From positions 128,008 through 192,007 of the forward strand of contig CAWBQK010000004.1 in NCBI GenBank assembly GCA_963791045.1: a DNA stretch of 64,000 nucleotides, in the 5' to 3' direction. Positions 27,920 to 37,220 of this stretch are shown in pieces; within the stretch, counting starts at the first letter, position 1; every line of letters starts with the position of its first letter. Under the pieces are notes generated by a model that ran no database searches, was not told the origin of the DNA, and worked only from the letters and a program-made list of their open reading frames with translations. A program made the position numbers and the translations under genes. The stretch is from Candidatus Latescibacterota bacterium (lineage in GTDB: Bacteria > Krumholzibacteriota > Krumholzibacteriia > WVZY01).

Positions 27920-29779
27920 TCAGGTGACGAGCCCGAACTGGAGATCGTAGAGCCGCTTGTATACACCCTTGGAGCCGATCAATTCTTTGTGCGTTCCGAA
28001 CTCTCGAATCTCTCCGTCCTCGAGAACGAGGATTTTGTGCGCGTTCTGAACCGTCGAGAGCCGGTGCGCAATAACAAATGTCGTCCGCCCTTTCAAGAGC
28101 CGGTCGATCGCTTCCTGGACAAGAATCTCGCTCTCCGTGTCGAGGGCACTCGTCGCCTCGTCAAAAATCAGAATCTGCGGATCTTTGAGAATCGCCCGGG
28201 CGATCGAGATACGCTGGCGTTGCCCGCCCGAGATCTGGGTTCCTCTCTCCCCGATCACCGTGTCATACCCGTTCGACAGCATCGAGATGAACTCGTGAGC
28301 ATTCGCCGCCTTCGACGCTTCAACGACCCGCTCAATGGCATAATCACCGACGCCGTAGGCAATGTTGTTGCGAACCGTATCGTTGAACAGAATGACATCC
28401 TGCGTCACAATCCCCATTAGCGAACGAAGCGATTTGAGCCCAACGTCCTTGATGTCCACGCCGTCGATGAGAATACGTCCCGCCGACGGATCGTAGAACC
28501 TCGGTATCAAATCAACCAGTGTGCTTTTCCCTGCTCCGCTCGGACCAACCAGCGCGATAACCTCGCCTGGTTTGACGGCGAGTTCGATGTTCCGGAGCAC
28601 CGGGCGATCTTGAATGTATTCAAATGAGACGGACTCGAATTTGATTTCTTTTTCGAATTTCGCCTCGCGCGTTACCCCGGGTACATCTATGGGCTCGGTT
28701 TTTGTATCAAGGACGACGAACACGCGCTGCGCGCAGGCGAGGCTCTCCTGGATGGTGTTGTTGAGTTTGCTCAGATTCTTGACCGGCTGCACTACCCAGA
28801 TCATCGCGCCGACAAAAAGCACGAGATTTTCGGGGCTGATCGACTTCGAAAGAACGAGATTTCCGCCGTAAAAGAGGATGACGACGATCGAAAACGCGCC
28901 GAGAAGTTCGGACGTCGGAGAAGACACCGCACCCCACAATTTCATCTTCAAAAACTGCCGCATGTACTTGAAATTGAATTTCGAAAAACGCGCCTCTTCG
29001 TATCCGCTCGCGTTGAACGCTTTGACGACACGCATCCCCGCGATACTCTCGTCGAGGACGGCGGTCATGTCTGCCATTCCTTCCTGCGTTCTGTGGCTCC
29101 GTTTCTTGAGTTTTTGTCCGATAAAGTTGATAAGGAGCAAATTGATCGGAACGACGGTGAACGTCAACACCGAGAGTTTCCAGCTCACGATCAGCACGAC
29201 GAACAATCCGATGACGGTCATGAGGCCGTTACGCACCACACTCGCCGCAACCCCTATTATCGCGCCTTCGAGCCTGTTGACGTCATTTGTCATCCGGGAA
29301 ATGATATGCCCCGTCTTTTCTCGTTCGAAAAACGAGAGTGGGAGCATCATGATGTGGGCGTAAACCTGATTTCTTATCTTGAAAAGCACCGACTGCTCGA
29401 GGTACACCGTCAGATAGGTCTGGAGATACCCGAATATGTTCTTAATTAAAAAAAGCGCTACGAGAATCATGCAGAACCGAAGCAGGCGCTCCTTCGCGTC
29501 CCCCGCGTACATTCGCTTCTCAAACCACCCCTGCGCGCTGTTCTTGACACCCTCGATAAACGGCGGCAGCGGTATCCCCTGAGCGGCGCCCTCCGGCGCC
29601 GTCTCCACTTGCTCCACCGGGAGACCATCGTCCCCATACAACACGATCCGCAAGAATGGGTGGATCAATGTGAGTGACACCCCGCTGAGAGACGCGAACA
29701 AGGTCACCGTCAAAAACAAGAGGATGAGCTTACGCCAATACGGCAGGACGTATTTCAACAACCTGGAATACGTTTCCAT
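27920..29779 (-). CDS. msbA: MsbA-like ABC exporter (TM + ATPase)
   Basis: GPSGAGKST, ISGGQRQR, DEATSALD, IAHRLST; among LPS core genes. Confidence 0.85.
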   Translation of the reverse strand: METYSRLLKYVLPYWRKLILLFLTVTLFASLSGVSLTLIHPFLRIVLYGDDGLPVEQVETAPEGAAQGIPLPPFIEGVKNSAQGWFEKRMYAGDAKERLLRFCMILVALFLIKNIFGYLQTYLTVYLEQSVLFKIRNQVYAHIMMLPLSFFEREKTGHIISRMTNDVNRLEGAIIGVAASVVRNGLMTVIGLFVVLIVSWKLSVLTFTVVPINLLLINFIGQKLKKRSHRTQEGMADMTAVLDESIAGMRVVKAFNASGYEEARFSKFNFKYMRQFLKMKLWGAVSSPTSELLGAFSIVVILFYGGNLVLSKSISPENLVLFVGAMIWVVQPVKNLSKLNNTIQESLACAQRVFVVLDTKTEPIDVPGVTREAKFEKEIKFESVSFEYIQDRPVLRNIELAVKPGEVIALVGPSGAGKSTLVDLIPRFYDPSAGRILIDGVDIKDVGLKSLRSLMGIVTQDVILFNDTVRNNIAYGVGDYAIERVVEASKAANAHEFISMLSNGYDTVIGERGTQISGGQRQRISIARAILKDPQILIFDEATSALDTESEILVQEAIDRLLKGRTTFVIAHRLSTVQNAHKILVLEDGEIREFGTHKELIGSKGVYKRLYDLQFGLVT

Positions 29780-29805
29780 TCGAATACCCTTTTTTTAGAA
29801 TCGGG

Positions 29806-30900
29806 TTATTCTACACCGGTAAAGTGGAGGAGGGTATCAATTTTTGAGTTGAATTCTTCGAGGGAGAGACGCTGGCCCTTAACCCCTTGCAGAATTTGCA
29901 CCCACGGGGTTCCCTTGGGGAGCCAATTGTCCGAGTCGTGACGTGTAAAAAGTCCGACGGTGGGAAGTCTCATGCTCACGGCGAAGTGGAAGTAATCGGT
30001 GTTCCCCGCGAGAAGGATGTCCGCGCAGGAGAGCAGAGAGATTCCTTCCTTGGCGTTCTTGGGCTCGATATCGATGACGTCCGCACGAATCTTCGACCTG
30101 AACGCGGCGAGCCGCTTGGCATCGAGGTTGTTCGACAGGACAATGACCTTGCTCGGTATTCGGCGGGACACCTGATTCACCAGATAGGTAAACGATTCAT
30201 CCACCAGCCGGTGCTGGCCCTTGCCCATACCCGGATCCACGGCGATAAGCTTGGTGCTCTTGTTTGGTTTGTGGAAATGAACCTGCTGTTTCGCCCAGCG
30301 GACATCCTGATCCGGAAGGGCCCATGATGGAAGCGGCCCCTGAGCGTTCAACCCAAGTGCGGTAAGAAACGACCGGCATTTCAATCCCTCGTATACCTGA
30401 GAGTCACCAACACGAATTTCGCAGTTCACGAAAGGAAAACTCTTTTCGCCCGAATACCCGACCCTCACCCGTGCCTGCGCGCCCAGCGCAATCATTGCCC
30501 GCGGAAGGTTGAATTCCGAACCGAGCAGAAACACGACGCCAAAATCCCGCGAACGGACACGCTTGACCAGAGAGAAGAACGTCGTCGAAGACAACGCGAG
30601 ATGGGTCGGCTCGTAGCTGATCATCTCGTTGACCTCGCCCATCGACCGCACAAACTCGCTGTTTCCCTCGCGCACGAGAAAGGTCACCCGCATGTCCGGG
30701 TAGCGTTCCTTCAAGTACTTGAGAACGGGGGCGAAAAAGAGGATCTCTGTAAGCTCCCCGGAGTCTATAACGAGCACACGGGAGTGGTTCCCGATGTCGC
30801 CGGGAAGTGAAAACGCCTCGGTTCCGGCCATACGACCGATAAACGGGCTCAGAAGCCCGATCATCTTGTCACTCTTTGGGAGAATCGATGTTACGCCCAT
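29806..30900 (-). CDS. Divergent glycosyltransferase family 9 protein
   Basis: GT9 layout (LKERYPDMRVTFLV, RVRVGY, PTVGLF) with altered motifs SGELTEI and GNTDYFH. Confidence 0.7.
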   Translation of the reverse strand: MGVTSILPKSDKMIGLLSPFIGRMAGTEAFSLPGDIGNHSRVLVIDSGELTEILFFAPVLKYLKERYPDMRVTFLVREGNSEFVRSMGEVNEMISYEPTHLALSSTTFFSLVKRVRSRDFGVVFLLGSEFNLPRAMIALGAQARVRVGYSGEKSFPFVNCEIRVGDSQVYEGLKCRSFLTALGLNAQGPLPSWALPDQDVRWAKQQVHFHKPNKSTKLIAVDPGMGKGQHRLVDESFTYLVNQVSRRIPSKVIVLSNNLDAKRLAAFRSKIRADVIDIEPKNAKEGISLLSCADILLAGNTDYFHFAVSMRLPTVGLFTRHDSDNWLPKGTPWVQILQGVKGQRLSLEEFNSKIDTLLHFTGVE

Positions 30901-30952
30901 TTTTTATCCATTCGTGGGTTATCGATTGTATTCTTGCAAGTTGAGGGCCAAA

Positions 30953-32998
30953 TCACTCCCAGATAATGGTTTTCTCGATCGCTTCGGCCGCCATGGTAAC
31001 CCCGATGAACGTAAGGTCTTTCTTAATTGTCTCAGGGATTTCCTCGAGTTCTCTCCGGTTCGCCTTCGGGAAAATAATCGTTTTGATTCCCGCCCGGTGC
31101 GCGGCGATGATCTTGTCCTTGAGCCCTCCGATGGGAAGAACCTTGCCGGTCAGGGTCAACTCGCCCGTCATCGCATAGTCGTTTCTCAGAGGCTTGTCGA
31201 AGAGCAGCGACGCGATGGTCGTCGCAATCGCAACCCCGGCGCTGGGCCCATCCTTCGGAACGGCGCCGGCGGGGACGTGGATGTGGATATCGTGTTTATC
31301 AAAGAAATCCAATTGGCCCGATTTCGGCAAATAATTGGCGCGGATAAAACTCACCGCCGCCTCGGCGCTCTCCTTCATCACATCACCCAGCTGCCCGGTC
31401 AGCTTCATGACCCCCTTGCCGGGCATTTTCAACGCCTCGATAAAGAGGATCTCGCCACCGGTGAAAGTCTTTGCCATCCCAGTGGCGACACCCACCGTGG
31501 GTTTTTTGAGCGCGAACTCACGGGTGTACTCTTCGATACCCAGGTACTTACGGACCGTCTTCTCCGTGACCTTCACGGAACGCTTCTTCCCCGATGCGTG
31601 CTTCTTGGCCAGCTTGCGGCAAATCGTCCCTATTTTTCGTTCGAGTTCACGAACGCCCGCTTCGCGCGTATAGCCGTTGACAATATGGCGGTAACCCTCA
31701 TCGGTCACCGTGAGCGCCTTTGCCGGCAAACCGTTCTCGTCAACCTGCCTCGGAAGAAGGTAGCGCTTGGCGATCTCGATTTTCTCGAGCGTGATATACC
31801 CCGGAAGATCCATCACCTCCATGCGGTCGAGAAGCGGTCGCGGAATCGTGTCGAGAAGATTGGCGGTCGTGATGAACAGAACCTTGGACAGATCGCACGG
31901 CACGTTCAAATAGTGATCCTCGAAGGCGTTGTTCTGGGCGGGGTCGAGGACCTCAAGGAGAGCGGCCGCCGGGTCACCCCGAAAATCGTTTCCCAGCTTG
32001 TCGATCTCATCGAGCATGAATACCGGGTTGCTGCTGCCCGCAGTCCGCATCCCCTGGATTATCCGTCCGGGCAGGGCGCCAATGTAAGTCCTGCGGTGAC
32101 CGCGAATCTCGGCCTCGTCTCGCATCCCGCCGAGCGAGATTCGAATAAATTTTCGCCCCATCGCGCGCGCAATCGATTTACCCAGCGAGGTCTTGCCCAC
32201 TCCGGGAGGGCCGACAAAACAGATGATCGATCCCTTCATCGACTCTTTGAGTTTTTTGACGGAGAGAAACTCAAGAATTCGTTCTTTTACATCTTCGAGA
32301 TCATAGTGATCTTCGTTGAGAACTTTCTCGGCCAGCGATATGTCGAGATTGTCTTCCGTCGTAAATTGCCAGGGCACTTCGAGCAGCCAGTCAAGATATG
32401 TTTTAGACACTGTGTATTCGGCCGCGCCCGGCGACATTTTCTGGAGACGATCGAGTTCCTTTTCGGCCGCCGCGCGCGCCTCATCGGTAAGACCAGCCTC
32501 ATCGATCTTGCTTTTTAATTCGTCTATTTCAAGAGTCCTGTCATCCTCCTCGCCAAGCTCGCGTTTGATGGCACGGAGTTGCTGCCGGAGATAGTACTCG
32601 CGTTGTTCCCTGTCCATCTCCTTCTTTACGTCGGACTGGAGCTTCTGTCCAAGCCGGTGGACTTCTATCTCGTCGTTAATGTTTTGCGACAAGAGCTTGA
32701 GCCGTTCGAGCACATCGGATTCCTCGAGAAGCTTTTGCTTGATCGAGAGATCGACCTTCAAATTGGTCGCGATCACGTCGGCGATCCGGCCCGGCTCGTC
32801 GAGGTTGCTGATGATTATCTTGAGTTCTTCCGGCAGATTCTCCGACGCGTCGACCAATTTGGCAAACGAGTTGACCACCGTCTTGACGTACGCGCGGAGC
32901 AGCTCGCTCTGATCTTCGATCTCATCCACAACTTCGATTCTTGCCCTAATATACGGTTCTTTCTGCGTGATTTCGACGAATTCTAATCCTCGCGACAC
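30953..32998 (-). CDS. lon: ATP-dependent protease La, AAA+ and protease domains (N-terminal part lies upstream, frameshifted)
   Basis: QREYYLRQQLRAI, GPPGVGKTS, GHRRTYIGALPG, LDEIDK, PKDGPSAG, GGLKDK. Confidence 0.95.
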   Translation of the reverse strand: MSRGLEFVEITQKEPYIRARIEVVDEIEDQSELLRAYVKTVVNSFAKLVDASENLPEELKIIISNLDEPGRIADVIATNLKVDLSIKQKLLEESDVLERLKLLSQNINDEIEVHRLGQKLQSDVKKEMDREQREYYLRQQLRAIKRELGEEDDRTLEIDELKSKIDEAGLTDEARAAAEKELDRLQKMSPGAAEYTVSKTYLDWLLEVPWQFTTEDNLDISLAEKVLNEDHYDLEDVKERILEFLSVKKLKESMKGSIICFVGPPGVGKTSLGKSIARAMGRKFIRISLGGMRDEAEIRGHRRTYIGALPGRIIQGMRTAGSSNPVFMLDEIDKLGNDFRGDPAAALLEVLDPAQNNAFEDHYLNVPCDLSKVLFITTANLLDTIPRPLLDRMEVMDLPGYITLEKIEIAKRYLLPRQVDENGLPAKALTVTDEGYRHIVNGYTREAGVRELERKIGTICRKLAKKHASGKKRSVKVTEKTVRKYLGIEEYTREFALKKPTVGVATGMAKTFTGGEILFIEALKMPGKGVMKLTGQLGDVMKESAEAAVSFIRANYLPKSGQLDFFDKHDIHIHVPAGAVPKDGPSAGVAIATTIASLLFDKPLRNDYAMTGELTLTGKVLPIGGLKDKIIAAHRAGIKTIIFPKANRRELEEIPETIKKDLTFIGVTMAAEAIEKTIIWE

Positions 32999-33316
32999 CC
33001 TGCCCGAGAAGCCGCATTTCTCCGTTTGGAAATCGAATCATCTTTTGTATATGAACGGCCGTCCCTAACTTGAAGACATCTCAGGGCCCGGCTTGGCCTC
33101 ATCCGGGTCCGTTTGCGCGAAGGCCCCAATAATTTGCGGTCGGCAAGAGCCTCGTCGGCCAGTCGGAGCAGATTGGGATCGTTGAGAAGAAGCGGCACCG
33201 TCATCAGCGGAAATACAACCGCATCATTGATCGGAAGTACGGCGAGCTTCGTTCGGAATGCTGGCTCAACTGGATGAGATCTGGTCATCAAAATCGACCG
33301 GGTTTTTGATGCACAC
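32983..33316 (-). pseudogene. lon: Frameshifted N-terminal domain of lon (probable sequence errors)
   Basis: SD AAGGAG + GTG 33316; Lon N-domain segments KLAVLPINDAVVFP / GAFAQTDP / VFKLGTAVHIQKMIRFPNGEMRLLGQGVARIRI lie in three different frames. Confidence 0.75.
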
Positions 33317-33344
33317 TGAACGACTCCTTACACTTCGCGACGAG

Positions 33345-33814
33345 TCAGTTCCACATCGTCACTTCGATATTTCTTTTGTCAGGCTGATCAAACGATTTCT
33401 TGAGACGGACCTCGAGAGATCCATTCGAGTAATTCGTGTGAATGCTCTGGTTGTCGACGGTACAGGGATTTCAATATGCCTTTGAAACGGCCCAACACGG
33501 ATTTCCATGGCGTGAAATTGTTTCTTGCACCGTGGCGTGATTTCTTTCCGGACACCCCTGATCGTCACCACGTTGCCATCGGTGAACACATTGATTTCCT
33601 TCAGATCCATTCCCGCGATATCCATCGTCACCACAATTCCGTTTCCGTGTCGTAAACATCGGTCGGGCGGCGCCCATCCAAGGTTCGGCCGCATTTTGAG
33701 CTTTTGATCGCTCGGAGACATCTCCGACATTAGCATCTCAAATAGCTCGCGAAGATTGTGAAACTCCCGATCGACGAGATCGTGTTGTCGGGTTTTCGTG
33801 GTTGGATCGAACAT
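33345..33814 (-). pseudogene. Hsp20/alpha-crystallin small heat-shock protein with apparent frameshifts
   Basis: ATG 33814; frame-repaired WAPPTDVYDTE-GIVVTMDIAGM...VTIRGVR...EIRVGPFQRHIEIP-VDNQSIHTNYSNGSLEVRL. Confidence 0.8.
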
Positions 33815-33874
33815 CGTCTTACCCTTCGTTTCAATCGTTACCCTGTGAAAACAGGCAAGTTCAGAGCATAAGCG

Positions 33875-33903
33875 AGAATAGAAAACGGTATGGAGAAAGT
33901 CAA
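33875..33903 (-). promoter_or_regulatory. Sigma70-type promoter of hsp20-lon
   Basis: TTGACT-17 nt-TATTCT. Confidence 0.65.
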
Positions 33904-34003
33904 GACAGGAAGGGAGAAAGGGCGGTTTCCGACAATAGCCGACCCGCACCCCGCGCGTACGCTGAGGAGCGAGATGAAACCACCCCTTCACGAATACCCG
34001 TGA

Positions 34004-34486
34004 CTATTGGTTTTTTTTGGGCGTCGACCCCGCGGTCTCGCTGGTCGCCCGTCCAAGTTTGAGCGTCTCCTCAACGGTCCGATCCACACGCGGCACGCTC
34101 TCGGCCGTCCCTAACGAGGCCGCAGCGTCCGTGTCGACCATCCAACGCGACAGAATCTGTTCTTCGAAGATCAATTCGTAACTCACAATCTGGCCGGTGT
34201 GCTCGTCCTTCGCGTAGTACGCCCAGTACTCCGCGTCGCCGTGCTTCCAACCTCGGCGGGAATTTGGGATTCCCCACGACGCCAGCACTTCCACGATGCC
34301 CATACCTTTGACGACTCGACCCTCGGTGATGTGCTGATTGAACTTCCCGTCAGGGTGATTCTCCAGATACTCGGCCCGCAAATCCGCCTGTCCCTCGTCG
34401 AGGTGGGTCGACTGGGGAAGCGAACTGCACGACGCGATCAACGCGATTCCAAAGACGAGCGCGCACACGCAACACGTCCATTTCAT
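34004..34486 (-). CDS. Lipoprotein, SmpA/BamE-like small domain
   Basis: SD GGAGG, signal ending IASC, KGMGIVEVLASWGIP...EYWAY; start moved to ATG 34486. Confidence 0.65.
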   Translation of the reverse strand: MKWTCCVCALVFGIALIASCSSLPQSTHLDEGQADLRAEYLENHPDGKFNQHITEGRVVKGMGIVEVLASWGIPNSRRGWKHGDAEYWAYYAKDEHTGQIVSYELIFEEQILSRWMVDTDAAASLGTAESVPRVDRTVEETLKLGRATSETAGSTPKKNQ

Positions 34487-34532
34487 GAAGTTCCTCCCGT
34501 GCTCGGAACACTTGCGATTCCCGATCGCGCGC

Positions 34533-34559
34533 AAAAAAAATCCACGGCTACGCCGCGGA
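34533..34559 (-). terminator. Intrinsic terminator 47 nt upstream of the lipoprotein start
   Basis: TCCGCGGC-GTA-GCCGTGGA followed by T8. Confidence 0.8.
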
Positions 34560-34651
34560 CCGGTCTCAATACCCCTTACAACCAGGATTTCGCCTGACAC
34601 CATAACATCGTTGACTTCCCTTCCGTTAGGTCATCACTTGGTGTCATTCAT

Positions 34652-34680
34652 AGAATAGCATAAGTCGTCCCAATTGAGAA
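34652..34680 (-). promoter_or_regulatory. Extended -10 sigma70-type promoter
   Basis: TTCTCA-17 nt-TATTCT with TG extension. Confidence 0.5.
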
Positions 34681-34705
34681 CCGGCGGTGAAGTTTTTTGA
34701 GGTGA

Positions 34706-36214
34706 TTATTTTTTTAAAACGAGAACTGTAACCCCATCCAGGACAATGCGTTCCGATATCTCGTAGTTTTGTCCCAGAAGTTCGAGAAGATAACCGTTGG
34801 AGTCGTCGGCCCACTCGCGGGCGCGAATGTACCAAACCGTATCGCAGTTTGCGAAAACGTCTTGCACCTGCTTGTCGACTTTTTCCGGGGCCGTGCCCGG
34901 TGGCGCGTAGACCGAGTAGATCACGTTGGGACCGTAAAAATAGTGTTCGACAATTTCGGTGACGGTGTGGGTGAGAATGCAGTCTCCCGGTTCGGCACGG
35001 GCTTCGACCAGGCGAACCGCACCCCTGACATCATCACGCGCATAGCGGCCGTCAAAGTAGTAGTTGGCGGCCGAAATCAACAATGTGATGGAGACCAGGG
35101 CGCAAACCACCCATCGAGTCCTACCCCCAAAAGAGACGACACCGGCGGCGGCGAGACATAGAAACGCGGGAAACGAGAGCAAGACATAACGGACGTTGAA
35201 CGCCTTGGCGTTCTGCCAGCAGAGAAGCAGCGTAAGCAACAGCGGCACAAGCAGATACAACCCAATCTGCACCCACGGCAATCCGCGCCGAAACGTGTAA
35301 AAAGCTCCTTTCAGCCCGAGGACACCGAACAGGACTCCGATCCACAAAACGGGAAGCCAGTGAGACCGCACCACACCGGCAAGCGACGAGTCGTAATGAA
35401 GCTCGCGCGTGGAAGGCCCCAGCGAGAACCCGGACCCGAAAACATAAAACAGGTACGGAACGGCTTCCGCGCCTATCGTCGTGTCGCCCCTCAATCGCTC
35501 TTGTGTAGCGATCTCTCCCGGTTTGACGGGAGTGACGAGTTTAGTCACGTCGATGAATGTGTATATTCTGTAAATCCAGGGAGATAAAAGAACGAGTACG
35601 AGCACTCCGACAACAGCCCACTTGAGGATTCGCCCTCCGATCTTCCCATTCCTCATTCTGAACACATAGATTATCGAATGGACCGCAAAGAGGAAAGCCG
35701 CCGTAAAATTCGAGAGAGCGGCGCACGAAATCCCAACCACATAGAGGACAAAATCGCGTTTAGTTTCCTTCTCGAGAAGACGGTGAAACACGTAGCTCGA
35801 AAACATTGCGAAGAAAAACAAGAAGCTGTAGTTGCGGATTTCTTGCGAGTAATAAATGTGGAGAGGATGTATGACGAGAAGGACACTCGCCACCCGCGCG
35901 ATTTTTTCCCCCAACCACAGTTGGACCCACCGGTAAAAGAACACAACAGCGAGCACACCGGCGGCGACACTGGGAATTCTCAACCAGGCATCGTTGACAC
36001 TCACAAAATGAAAGAGATAAACGGTGAATGAATGAAGTGGTCCGTGGATGTTATACTTTAGATAGTCCCAAATCGTGAGGCCGGGATCCGGGATGCTTAC
36101 AGACAGCGTGAGCATCTCGTCGACCCAAATGCTCTGCCCGCCAACGCGGAACAACCGCATCGCGATGGCGCCCACGGTCAGGCAAATAAGAAATGAAAGA
36201 TTCTTTTTCTTCAT
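34706..36214 (-). CDS. Glycosyltransferase family 39 / PMT-ArnT-like GT-C membrane protein
   Basis: QSIWVDE, HGPL, LRIPSV, YYSQEIRNY, NVRYVL, many TM helices. Confidence 0.85.
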   Translation of the reverse strand: MKKKNLSFLICLTVGAIAMRLFRVGGQSIWVDEMLTLSVSIPDPGLTIWDYLKYNIHGPLHSFTVYLFHFVSVNDAWLRIPSVAAGVLAVVFFYRWVQLWLGEKIARVASVLLVIHPLHIYYSQEIRNYSFLFFFAMFSSYVFHRLLEKETKRDFVLYVVGISCAALSNFTAAFLFAVHSIIYVFRMRNGKIGGRILKWAVVGVLVLVLLSPWIYRIYTFIDVTKLVTPVKPGEIATQERLRGDTTIGAEAVPYLFYVFGSGFSLGPSTRELHYDSSLAGVVRSHWLPVLWIGVLFGVLGLKGAFYTFRRGLPWVQIGLYLLVPLLLTLLLCWQNAKAFNVRYVLLSFPAFLCLAAAGVVSFGGRTRWVVCALVSITLLISAANYYFDGRYARDDVRGAVRLVEARAEPGDCILTHTVTEIVEHYFYGPNVIYSVYAPPGTAPEKVDKQVQDVFANCDTVWYIRAREWADDSNGYLLELLGQNYEISERIVLDGVTVLVLKK

Positions 36215-36239
36215 CCGGAATAAAGCGGTTCGATCAAGG

Positions 36240-37220
36240 ATGCTGGCGAACGTGACACCGGAAATTCACATAGGCCCCGCCGGATGGTCGTATCCCGACT
36301 GGGCCGGCATCGTTTACCCTGCAAAACAGCCAAAAACGTTCGATCCATTGGCGTTTCTGGCATCTTACTTCAATCTCATTGAAATCAACAACACATTCTA
36401 TCGTGTTCCCGCGCGCCGCACGTGCAGCGATTGGGTCCGCCGCGTTGACGACAGACCCGGGTTTGTTTTTACCGCGAAAGCACCCCGGGATTTCACACAC
36501 AGGAAAGTTCCGGCCGCCGATCACGAGATCCAAGCGTTCAAGCTGGCCATCGAACCAATCTATGAAAAAGAACGCCTCGGTGCGGTCCTGCTCCAGTTCC
36601 CCTGGTCGTTCCGGTTGACGCCCGGCTCAACCAAAAAGATTAAGAGCCTCGTCGACCGAATTGCTCCCTTCCCCACGGCGGTCGAGGTCAGACACGGCAG
36701 CTGGCAGGGCCCGGACGCAGCGGCATTCTTCAGAGACTCGGCAATACCAATGTGTGGTGTCGATCAACCGCTCATCGGACAGTCATTGTCACCGGATACT
36801 TATTCGCCCGGCGAGGCCGGCGCGTATTTCCGCCTCCACGGTCGAAACCGGAAAACCTGGTTCAACAACGACGCCGGTCGTGACGAACGCTATAACTATC
36901 TTTATTCCGAGAAGCAACTGGAGGCGTGGCGCGACAAAGTTCGCGATGTACGGGAGAGCGTTCAGCGCGTGTTTGTCGTTCTCAACAACCACTTCCGCGG
37001 CCAGGCGGTGGCGAACGCGCTCCAACTCGACGCGATGATATCCGGCTCAAAATCAAACGCGCCGCCCGGCGTTGTCGCGGAATATCCACATACCGGCAAC
37101 CTTCTCGAAGCCGCCGACACGGGGCCGCCCGCCGCGTTGCCCGATCGCGGGACTCAACTTTTTCTATTTGGAAACGACCACGATAAGAAGAATGACGATA
37201 ATCCCGATGAGGATCGCTAG
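36240..37220 (+). CDS. DUF72 family protein
   Basis: IGPAGWSYPDW, EINNTFY, LLQFPWSF, EVRH, YFRLHGRN, RYNYLYS; start ATG 36240 (or GTG 36252). Confidence 0.9.
   Translation: MLANVTPEIHIGPAGWSYPDWAGIVYPAKQPKTFDPLAFLASYFNLIEINNTFYRVPARRTCSDWVRRVDDRPGFVFTAKAPRDFTHRKVPAADHEIQAFKLAIEPIYEKERLGAVLLQFPWSFRLTPGSTKKIKSLVDRIAPFPTAVEVRHGSWQGPDAAAFFRDSAIPMCGVDQPLIGQSLSPDTYSPGEAGAYFRLHGRNRKTWFNNDAGRDERYNYLYSEKQLEAWRDKVRDVRESVQRVFVVLNNHFRGQAVANALQLDAMISGSKSNAPPGVVAEYPHTGNLLEAADTGPPAALPDRGTQLFLFGNDHDKKNDDNPDEDR

Noticed and set aside
30719..32518. 599-aa plus-strand ORF
   Set aside because: Antisense shadow of lon; no recognisable motifs
33359..33991. 210-aa ORF taken as an intact Hsp20
   Set aside because: The N-terminal extension spans the promoter and the C-terminus is out of frame; the real gene is about 33345-33814
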